DNA from: Neoechinorhynchus agilis
Lineage: Eukaryota > Animalia > Acanthocephala
Assembly (NCBI GenBank): GCA_051530055.1
Contig: CM121341.1
Coordinates: 6,674,784-6,738,783, forward strand
Length of the DNA stretch: 64,000 nucleotides
Direction of reading: 5' to 3'
The notes under the pieces were generated by a model. It worked only from the letters and a program-made list of their open reading frames with translations. It was not told where the DNA came from and searched no databases. Below, one piece after another: positions 53,701 to 64,000 of this stretch. Made by a program: the position numbers and the translations under genes. Every line of letters starts with the position of its first letter. The stretch's first letter is position 1.

Positions 53701-54434
53701 TCCCTGACTCAAACCCCGGTGAATTTGGTTAAGCTCCTTTGTAGTGAAGGACTGAATTCAGAGTGGAAAAAGGATGGAGTTGTGTTAAGTGGCGATAATA
53801 TCATTTCTTCAGAGGAAGGTAAAAATTATAGGCATGTTAAACATGAGCAGTAGTAGGTCTAAGCAAGAATATTTTGATTAGTGAGTTTTGAGGATTACAT
53901 TCGGGTTCTTGGATATGGTATTTTTTTGAGCCCGAAGGAGATCGCGTTAAAGACGAATGTATTAATGACGACCGATTGAATCAGAGTCATTTGATCAATT
54001 GGTTGTAAGTTTTGAAATATACACAAGCTTACATATTTCAAAGTTGGAAAATACGTTCGTCTTTAACGATTTCCCTCGGGTTTCCACAAGCGACCTAAGT
54101 AACAACAAAATTGAGTTTTCATAGCCAAAATTTAAACCAACTCCATTGTATTGATTTAGGACTGGTTTTGACATGGACTGACGACCTGACTGCGAGTTTC
54201 CTCGCGGGAACCTATACATGCTTAGACCAAACTGGAAGGCTGATTTCTTCGTATAAATTAGAGTTGACGGAAACTAATGCTTCAAAAGGCATGAATGGTA
54301 ACTTGACTGTAAGAAACGAGAAGTGCATCGACGATAAAATGTTTCTGGTCCAATATAATCGATGGTGTGAGCAACTTGAACGATACGAACATGAGTACTT
54401 GAAATGGCAGAGCACAAAGGAAAAGGTTTGCTGA
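50749..54434 (+). CDS. Sema2: Secreted class-2 semaphorin (Sema + PSI + Ig), multi-exon
   Basis: Signal peptide MLCRTLLIVLTFCICL; QCANHIRLI...VCGTNSFEP; GYCSPNPYD; HSRVIRICK|DDRGG...WISFRKARLIC; PSI DQCAGY..QTACWRDVDCSW; Ig GTYTC; C-terminal YNRWCEQLERYE..W resembles the Sema2a tail. Confidence 0.85.
53930..54000 (+). mobile_element. Terminal fragment of the 27870-28546 element in a semaphorin intron
   Basis: cccga-ggagatcgcgttaaagacgaatgta...gattgaatc matches 27890-27940. Confidence 0.7.
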
Positions 54435-55169
54435 AATTGCGCGATTTTGACAGTTACCTTTAAGTATAGAAGTGCGAACTAATCAATGAAGAATTGAAAT
54501 CATCATTCTAGTTTCGTGGCATTAAACGATTCAAATGTATCGTCGATGTTAATCAGTAAACCTTACTAAAACAAATTTCGAATGAAAGAGTAAACGGACG
54601 TATTTCAGCATTTCACATACATCGATTTTTTTGCTAGTTAGTAACGAAAGTTTCCGTTTGTCAGGGTAGGAACCACTCTAATTTAAAGAAACGTCCTACT
54701 TCAACTCCTTTTTAGTCCTAGACAAAATAAGATTTAAACTGGAATTAAACCACAAAATTCACAATGCTTCTTATTTATAATTGCCGCTTGATATTTATGT
54801 TCGTGCGTTACTAAGAGATTGCCAGAATGTCTTATGATTCGGAAAAGCTATCAAATTTCACTATTTACACTTCAATTTTGAGACAAACATCGTTCTTTAC
54901 CGATATCAAAAGATTAACTGATCACAAATTAAAGTTGTTTTTTATAAACTTTTAAAAGTGATTTTCGGTGATAATACGATTTTAGGGGGGTTGAACAGGA
55001 GTCATATTTCTAAAAACGTGGAAAATTCGATAAGACAATTAAATTTCTAACCTGAATGCAATCCTTTACGTTCATCAGTAAGATACTCCAGAGCTTAGTG
55101 TGTAAATTTAACCTCAATAATCTCCTTGATCGTTTTCATCGAGATTTTCCCGTGATTTGCCAGGATAGC

Positions 55170-58100
55170 ACGGAATATGGAAAGGAATAAAACCGAAACC
55201 TCCACAAAAACGAGTAGCTTTAAGAACTTTCAGAATTAATAAAATAATTTTACTAGAGCGAACATTTGCTACTTTTAAGAATGTTTAATCCTAGAGACTA
55301 CAAAATAGAATTTTAAAACGGAGCTTCGGTAATTCAGCATCTAAACGCTCTAAGGGGATTGTCGGTGTTAATTTTTTTTATAAAACACCATTGTTTTGGC
55401 ATCCAATTGTTCAGGTTAAAAGTCAAAGCATGAAATTACCTGTGCCGTGGATGCGAGTAAATGAACTTTAAAATACCAATCAACTATCTTCACTTTTCCG
55501 TGTTGGTTCAATTACGACCTTTGTCACTCAGAGCAACAGCAATCATTGAACCAAATGGTAAAAAACCGATACCTCCACAAAAACGAGTAGCTTTATGAAC
55601 TTTCAGAATTAATAAAATAATTTTACTAGTGCGAACATTTGTTACTTTTAAGAATGTTTAATCCTAGACTACAAAATAGAATATTAAAACGGAGCTTCGG
55701 TAATTCAGCATCTAAACGCTCTAAGGGGATTGTCGGTGTTAATTTTTTTATAAAACACCATTGTTTTGGCATCCAATTGTTCAGGTTAAAAGTCAAAGCA
55801 TGAAATTACCTGTGCCATGGATGCGAGTAAATGAACTTTAAAGTACAAATCAACTGTCTTCACTTTTCCGTGTTGGTTCAATTACGAGTTTTGTCACTCA
55901 GAGCAACAGCAATCATTGAACCAAATGGTAAAAAACCGAAACCTTCATCAAAAACGAGTAGCTTTGTGAACTTTCAGAATTAATAAAATAATTTTACTAG
56001 AGCGAACATTTGTTACTTTTAAGAATGTTTAATCCTAAAGACTACAAAATAGAATATTAAAACGGAGTATCGGTAATTCGGCATCTAAACGCTCTAAGGG
56101 GATTGTCGGTGTTAATTTTTTTATAAAACACCATTGTTTTGGCATCCAATTGTTCAGGTTAAAAGTCAAAGCATGAAATTACCTGTGCCATGGATGCGAG
56201 TAAATGAACTTTAAAGTACAAATCAACTGTCTTCACTTTTCCGTGTTGGTTCAATTACGAGTTTTGTCACTCAGAGCAACAGCAATCATTGAACCAAATG
56301 GTAAAAAACCGAAACCTTCATCAAAAACGAGTAGCTTTGTGAACTTTCAGAATTAATAAAATAATTTTACTAGAGCGAACATTTGTTACTTTTAAGAATG
56401 TTTAATCCTAAAGACTACAAAATAGAATATTAAAACGGAGCTTCGGTAATTCAGCATCTAAACGCTCTAAGGGGATTGTCGGTGTTAATTTTTTTATAAA
56501 ACACCATTGTTTTGGCATCCAATTGTTCAGGTTAAAAGTCAAAGCATGAAATTACCTGTGCCATGGATGCGAGTAAATGAACTTTAAAGTACAAATCAAC
56601 TGTCTTCACTTTTCCGTGTTGGTTCAATTACGAGTTTTGTCACTCAGAGCAACAGCAATCATTGAACCAAATGGTAAAAAACCGAAACCTTCATCAAAAA
56701 CGAGTAGCTTTGTGAACTTTCAGAATTAATAAAATAATTTTACTAGAGCGAACATTTGTTACTTTTAAGAATGTTTAATCCTAAAGACTACAAAATAGAA
56801 TATTAAAACGGAGCTTCGGTAATTCAGCATCTAAACGCTCTAAGGGGATTGTCGGTGTTAATTTTTTTATAAAACACCATTGTTTTGGCATCCAATTGTT
56901 CAGGTTAAAAGTCAAAGCATGAAATTACCTGTGCCATGGATGCGAGTAAATGAACTTTAAAGTACAAATCAACTGTCTTCACTTTTCCGTGTTGGTTCAA
57001 TTACGAGTTTTGTCACTCAGAGCAACAGCAATCATTGAACCAAATGGTAAAAAACCGAAACCTTCACAAAAACGAGTAGCTTTGTGAACTTTCAGAATTA
57101 ATAAAATAATTTTACTAGAGCGAACATTTGTTACTTTTAAGAATGTTTAATCCTAAAGACTACAAAATAGAATATTAAAACGGAGTATCGGTAATTCGGC
57201 ATCTAAACGCTCTAAGGGGATTGTCGGTGTTAATTTTTTTATAAAACACCATTGTTTTGGCATCCAATTGTTCAGGTTAAAAGTCAAAGCATGAAATTAC
57301 CTGTGCCATGGATGCGAGTAAATGAACTTTAAAGTACAAATCAACTGTCTTCACTTTTCCGTGTTGGTTCAATTACGAGTTTTGTCACTCAGAGCAACAG
57401 CAATCATTGAACCAAATGGTAAAAAACCGAAACCTTCACAAAAACGAGTAGCTTTGTGAACTTTCAGAATTAATAAAATAATTTTGAGCGAACATTTGTT
57501 ACTTTTAAGAATGTTTAATCCTAAAGACTACAAAATAGAATATTAAAACGGAGCTTCGGTAATTCAGCATCTAAACGCTCTAAGGGGATTGTCGGTGTTA
57601 ATTTTTTTATAAAACACCATTGTTTTGGCATCCAATTGTTCAGGTTAAAAGTCAAAGCATGAAATTACCTGTGCCATGGATGCGAGTAAATGAACTTTAA
57701 AGTACAAATCAACTATCTTCACTTTTCCGTGTTGGTTCAATTACGAGTTTTGTCACTCAGAGCAACAGCAATCATTGAACCAAATGGTAAAAAACCGAAA
57801 CCTTCATCAAAAACGAGTAGCTTTGTGAACTTTCAGAAGCAATAAAATAATTTTACTAGAGCGAACATTTGTTACTTTTAAGAATGTTTAATCCTAAAGA
57901 CTACAAAATAGAATATTAAAACGGAGCTTCGGTAATTCAGCATCTAAACGCTCTAAGGGGATTGTCGGTGTTAATTTTTTTATAAAACACCATTGTTTTG
58001 GCATCCAATTGTTCAGGTTAAAAGTCAAAGCATGAAATTACCTGTGCCATGGATGCGAGTAAATGAACTTTAAAGTACAAATCAACTATCTTCACTTTTC

Positions 58101-58900
58101 CGTGTTGGTTCAATTACGAGTTTTGTCACTCAGAGCAACAGCAATCATTGAACCAAATGGTAAAAAACCGAAACGTTCATCAAAAACGAGTAGCTTTGTG
58201 AACTTTCAGAATTAATAAAATAATTTTACTAGAGCGAACATTTGTTACTTTTAAGAATGTTTAATCCTAAAGACTACAAAATAGAATATTAAAACGGAGC
58301 TTCGGTAATTCAGCATCTAAACGCTCTAAGGGGATTGTCGGTGTTAATTTTTTTATGAAACACCATTGTTTTGGCATCCAATTGTTCAGGTTAAAAGTCA
58401 AAGCATGAAATTACCTGTGCCATGGATGCGAGTAAATGAACTTTAAAGTACAAATCAACTATCTTCACTTTCCGTGTTGGTTCAATTACGAGTTTTGTCA
58501 CTCAGAGCAACAGCAATCATTGAACCAAATGGTAAAAAACCGAAACCTTCATCAAAAACGAGTAGCTTTGTGAACTTTCAGAATTAATAAAATAATTTTA
58601 CTAGAGCGAAAATTTGTTACTTTTAAGAATGTTTAATCCTAAAGACTACAAAATAGAATATTAAAACGGAGCTTCGGTAATTCGGCATCTAAACGCTCTA
58701 AGGGGATTGTCGGTGTTAATTTTTTTATAAAACACCATTGTTTTGGCATCCAATTGTTCAGGTTAAAAGTCAAAGCATGAAATTACCTGTGCCATGGATG
58801 CGAGTAAATGAACTTTAAAGTACAAATCAACTATCTTCACTTTTCGTGTTGGTTCAATTATGGGTTTTTGTCACTCAGAGTTATAGCAATCATTGAACAA
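55170..58900. repeat. Tandem array, about 373-bp unit, 10 highly homogeneous copies
   Basis: aaccga(a/t)acct recurs at about 55190, 55564, 55934, 56307, 56680, 57053, 57425, 57793, 58166 and 58538. Confidence 0.97.
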
Positions 58901-59317
58901 AACGATAAGCAAGATTTGCTAACAGACGATTGAATTTAATTGCCGGCCAAAAACTGCGCCACTTCCATGATGGCCATCGAAAATATTCCGCCATTATTAA
59001 ATTCAGTCAATCACGAAAATTGTGAAATCCAAACAAGAAAGTTAAGAGTAAATCTGAACACAAGGAAATGGCGCAGAGTAAACCCGATATTTCTACTCAA
59101 ATGCTCCTCGCTAAAACTAGAAGTTTGAAGATTGAATTGTTCATGTTTTTTATAGCGGAAAAATTGAAGGAATTTATTAAGGCCGATATTTCCGAACAAT
59201 TTTGTTTGAAGCCCAATTCTGTATCGAATTGTTGGACATTTTTCGGTTATAAAAACGAGATTAAAGATGTCGAATATATATTTAACATTGCTGATAAAGG
59301 TGAAGAAAATAAGAACT

Positions 59318-59911
59318 AAGAAATTCGATTTTATTGTGAATTTTCGGCGTTAGCGTAGGCCTTCTTCAGACTATTTAAAATGTATCAGTCGCAAATCGCA
59401 TGTCCTTTTGGAACGATATCTGGCGGAACGCGTATCGCCTCCATCGTCGTTCTTGTGTTCACCGAGACTTTCAACGGAAAAGATTGGCATCTTTTAGATC
59501 GCATTCGCTCATATCCTTACGGCATCGCTCAAAGGTGTCTTTGAAAAGTATCTATTGAGATTCGATCAAACTTCTTTTATTACATTTGAAAACTTAAATC
59601 TTATAGTATTTCCGATATCGCTCAAAGGTTCCTTTAAAAAGTATCTATTGAGATTCGATCAAACTTCTTTTATTACATTTGAAAGTCCGCGATTGTACAT
59701 CATACGATTGAGAGTGGACACCAAATCGATTTTGGAGCAACTGAGGTTCTCGCAGAGTGTAGAAACCGACGGGATAGAACGACGATGGAGGCGATACGCG
59801 TTCCGCCAGATATCGTTCAAAAAGGACATAGGATTTGCGACTGATACATTTTAGATAGTCTCAAGAAGGCCTACGCTAAGGCCGAAAATTCACAATAAAA
59901 TCGAAGTTCTT
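59318..59911. mobile_element. Second Penelope-like remnant forming an inverted repeat (arms about 140 bp)
   Basis: 59318-59457 is the reverse complement of about 59767-59911. The plus strand encodes KSAIVHHTIESGHQIDFGATEVLAECRNRRDRTTMEAI (GIY-YIG C-terminus). There is an internal direct repeat of about 70 bp at 59523 and 59617. Confidence 0.85.
59335..59375 (-). ncRNA. Minimal hammerhead-ribozyme-like core in a Penelope pLTR
   Basis: Minus strand reads CTGAAGA-a-GGC-ctacgctaac-GCC-GAAA (core 59342-59369). Stems I and III are not convincingly paired. Confidence 0.5.
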
Positions 59912-60279
59912 ATTTTCTTCACCATATTTTATCAACAGCTTAAAGATGTATACGAAAGAAAAGTGAAATGCAAATAGTGACGAAATGCCCGTCTGATCGA
60001 ATTCGATTAAGAGAAAAGATACCGTGCTTTTACCTGAAAACTCGGAGTCGCCAATTGGAGCATTTATCCTAGATCGCAACTTCAGGATTTTTGCCTGAAG
60101 GCTACTCCTCTATAATCTTTTAAAGTCAATGTTTTAGACTAATTGATGATTAAAGCTATCGAAATAAGAAGCTAGTGATTGTTTTAGCTTTATTATAATG
60201 TCCCAATAGATTTCTTAAGTATAAATGAGCAATGTCTAACTTAAAGTTTGAGAATAGAGAATTTTTTTCTGGTTTATGG

Positions 60280-60445
60280 CTTAAAAACTTAAAAGAATTT
60301 ATTAGATCCAATTGTTTTCGGAGCCACAATATCAAGTTTGTGATAAACGCGTACAAGATTGTGGCTCCAAAAACAATCGGATCTAATAGATTCTTTTAAT
60401 TTTTTACGCCATAAACAAGCATGAATAGTTCAATGTTCAAACAAT
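60280..60445. mobile_element. Palindromic MITE-like element, family shared with 2020-2220
   Basis: aaaagaatttattagatccaattgttttcggagccacaat...attgtggctccaaaaacaatcggatctaatagattctttt. Confidence 0.7.
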
Positions 60446-60478
60446 TGATTTTTACGGAAATTTAAATATGAAACAGAT

Positions 60479-63400
60479 TCAAGATGCACTTCGTTTCTGG
60501 TTAGTTTCATCCTGATATTCACTTATTAGTCGGTCACTAGTTTCCTTGGAGACTGGTGCACATTTGCTGTATTCCATTGTAAACTCCCCCTTTCCTTTGG
60601 TGACCGACCGAAGAGCAGTTGAGTACCCAAACATTTGTGCCAATGGAGCCTAAAAGAAATACTTTCACCGATGAAAATGTAAAAATTGGCGTACGAAAAT
60701 ACGAACCTCACATTCAATCACAGTAATGTCTTGTTTATTGTGTTGACCTTTAATCAATGCTTGGATTCTAGCCAGTTGTCTGGTAACCTCCGAGGTGTAT
60801 TCACTTGGAACCGTGATCTCAACTAGCATCCAAGGTTCAAGTATATGCCATCGACCTTGTTCAAATGCCTGTCGCATCGCACCTTTAGCGGTCAATATAA
60901 ATGCAATCTCGGTACTGTCCACTATGTGGTGGTCGCCATCCTGAAGACGAATCTTGATCCCGGACACCTTGTTGCCCGATCGACCGCCGCATTTTAGGCT
61001 TTCGCTAAAACCCTAAGCGATTTGAAGACAATGTACATCAGTTTAAGTGAAATAAATATGTCTAAGAACCTAATTGACCAAATTAATGTGTATTGGATTT
61101 CATTTTACGGCTATTTTATTGATAACAATTAGCTGAAGCGTAGGAATAGTAGACCTCTGCCCTAATGTTAAGACTTATTTTGCCCTCAATTAAACTGAGG
61201 TAGCAAAAAATCGGGCCTGAATCACATACCTTTCTTATTGCTGGCACATGCGACGATGGTATGTGCGTTCCGATAAGTTCATTACAGCGCTGAATCTCAG
61301 TGAGTATAGCTGAACACTAAGAATCGCCGCCACTTACTGAACTCGACATCTAGGTAACGTGATTGCGGTAGAGGCTAGAAACCGAAAACTGAATAAATGT
61401 GAAACCTTTACGTATCTGACGAACCTCGATGATTCCAATGACTCGTCCATATTGGCCTTGACCTCCAGTCTGCTTTTTATGAAGATGATCGAATCTAAAA
61501 TGTTTAGGGAAAATTAAAATTAAAAAGTAAAATGTACCTAAATGGTTCGGCAATAGTCTCGATGTATGCAACTTTGGGATTTCCCAGTTTAATCTTTACG
61601 CCGTATTCACGCTCGACTCGGGTTGCGTAAATCTCCAAATGAAGCTCACCCATTCCAAGAGCAAGAATTTGCTTGGTATCCTCATCATACCGAATCCTGA
61701 ACGTCGGATCTTCCTTTTGAAACCTACCACAGGATTCAAAGAGCATTCGTTTTATTATAACAAAATTCACCTGTTCACTGCTTTGGAAAATGATTCAGCC
61801 TGGTTTTTATCAGCCGGCTCAAAGGTCATCGATATTACCGGTTCAGCCACGCTGATCGATTCCATACTGTACATCACGCTCCGATCACTCGTCAGCGTGT
61901 CTCCGGTCGACGCCTCAGCACCGGCTATTGTACAAATATCACCGGCGTATGCGTTTTCGATTTCCTATGAAAACGATACACGTAAAGATGTTATCCATAG
62001 ATTGTTTTGGTCAAGCAGACTTTAAACTTACAAGCAATTCTGAGGAATAAAAACTAAATTATTTTCTTTATTTCGCCTTGAAAAACAGAAAAAGGTAATG
62101 ACGACCTTTTTTATAATTCAGGTCAGAAAGCGCTACAAAGAATGAACAAAGAAAAGTTTTTCATCTTTTTGACCGACAATTTTAGTAAGAACGGCAAACA
62201 TTTTATATTTTTCTAACGTATGAGAACTCTATTTCTCGATGCTCCTTTCGCAGTGGACGCTTCGTTACCTTTCTGGAATTAGTCAAATAACCTTGATAAA
62301 GGCATGCGATTGTGCTCAAAAAAACGGATTCAATAAATTACTTCAATTTTCCACACCATATAAAACCAAATGGTTAACTACAAGTCAAAAAAAGCATTTG
62401 GTATGAAAAGTGATCGAGATGTAATTTCGAGTTTTAAGGATTTGATACCTACCTCCATCTTATCAGCGTGCATTCTGTAGAGTTTTGCGATCTTTGTTCG
62501 TTTCCTGGTTCTCACGTTATGTACGTATTGATTTTTGGTTAAAACACCTTGGTATATCCGAAGATAGGTCAATTGCCCGAATTTGCCAAGCTTCGTGGCA
62601 AAAAAAAGAACTTGAACGCCATCAACTAATGTAGACTGGTTACCTCGAGTTTAAAGGCGAACGCCAATAACGGAGAGTCGGCCTCTCTGGAGGAATTGCA
62701 ATTCACGTAAACCTTTTTATCATCACTACACAACCCCAAAGATAAGTCGTAATCGTCTTAACGATAAACTCACGTGCTTGCGTTATTATCGATAGCCTGA
62801 TTGATTCGTTCGGAAGGATTAGGAAGAAAGTCGATAATCCCATTTAAGACGCATTGAACTCCTTTGTTCTTCAGCGCAGATCCAACGAATACTGGTACGA
62901 ACTGTTGAGCAATGACGCTACGCCTGATGCTAGTTTTTAACCGATCCGTTTCCGGTCTGGTGTCATTTAATACCATTTCTCCGATTTCTTCGTCCGTCTC
63001 AGCGACGTGACCTACACTCGTTCAAATGGTTCATTGTTTTTAAGGAAATATACCTATCAGGTCATCTAACATATCACTCGCCTTCTCCCGGTATTCCAAT
63101 GGAATATCGTCCTCGACAATCTCTTCCCTTTCAAAAAACAAATCGTCCGAATATACATTAGAACTAGACTTTAGTACCCATATTGCCCTTTGAAATACAT
63201 CGCGCACTGCCTGATGAGATCAATAATCCCTGTTATCTCGCCCTCTTTTCCCATCAAAATGTTCATAAGCGCTACGTTTTTGTTCAAACGTCCCCTATAA
63301 AAATAGACATGTATTAATTAATCGATTGCGTATTTGACGGACTAAAGCCGCAAATTGAAGCAATTATTCTTAGTGAAATTGTGAAGAGTTGCAAAAAGGC

Positions 63401-63887
63401 GAAAAACGGCTATTTTAGACTCGAAAAATTGATCCGACATTTTTATAGCACTCTAGGGATTTTCAAGAATAAATTCTTTCAATTTTTCGAGCATAAAAAC
63501 ATGAACAATTACATCTTCAAACAATTTTAAAAATCGTGCGAACCTTATATCTCTCATCGTCCTGTTTACACTCGCATTTGGCCTGTCTAACTTATTGATG
63601 AAAATAAGGTGCGGAATAGAATATCGTTGGATTTGTCGGTGCACCGTCAATGTCTGACATTGAACTCCACTCGTTCCACAGACCACAAGAACGGCACCAT
63701 CCAGTACCCGCAAAGCCCGTTCGACTTCCACAGTGAAGTCCACGTGTCCAGGAGTGTCGATCAAATTAATGTTATGTTTCATCCATTCCACTGAAGTGGC
63801 TGCTGATTGAATGGTTATGCCACGTTGCCTCTCAAGTTCCATCGAGTCCATGGTGGCACCGACGCCATCCCGCCCTTTTACCTTCAT
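60479..63887 (-). CDS. GFM1: Mitochondrial elongation factor G1, multi-exon; N-terminal exon(s) outside the window
   Basis: [131 protein letters not shown]; TGA at 60479-60481. Confidence 0.95.
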
Positions 63888-64000
63888 GAACGAACAATTA
63901 AAATTTTGTTATTTTTTTGCTCTTCAACATAATTTCGAGGAAATACAAGGAGGTACAAAGGAGGGATGTAGTCTACGATGTTTCTTGTACCAAAAATGCA

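Noticed and set aside
12560-58900. CRISPR interpretation of the tandem arrays
   Set aside because: Units are 143-373 bp with no unique spacers, there are no cas genes, and the context is eukaryotic.

Overview
This is AT-rich, gene-dense eukaryotic DNA from an invertebrate animal, probably a protostome (it has a class-2 semaphorin). It has short GT-AG introns, mostly about 35-55 nt, and no sign of prokaryotic organisation. Genes in order: DHRS12 (+), CRAL-TRIO protein (+), STRA6-like copy 1 (-), RRM+Tudor protein (-), GNB1L-like WD40 (+), C1-less diacylglycerol kinase (-), STRA6-like copy 2 (-), Nup62 C-terminal-domain-only protein (+), NOB1, RPL7, PDCD2L, YOD1/OTU1, an ankyrin-repeat protein (all +), PLD6/Zucchini-like (-), lysosomal alpha-mannosidase (-), Sema2 (+), and mitochondrial EF-G1 (-, 5' end outside the window). 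Between them lie five unrelated tandem arrays, CRE-clade and CR1/L2-like LINE remnants, two Penelope-derived inverted repeats with hammerhead-like cores, and several palindromic MITEs. The most notable observations are four. (1) A 3.7 kb mannosidase intron is a satellite built from amplified copies of its own splice acceptor and exon, giving about 21 decoy exons. (2) A near-identical 2.75 kb STRA6 duplication has one end just past the gene's poly(A) signal and the other in a co-oriented LINE remnant. (3) DHRS12, CRAL-TRIO and STRA6 form a possible lipophilic-ligand cluster. (4) A TA-flanked insertion interrupts a mannosidase coding exon. All family assignments come from recalled motif similarity; no database search was run, and exon boundaries were read by eye.
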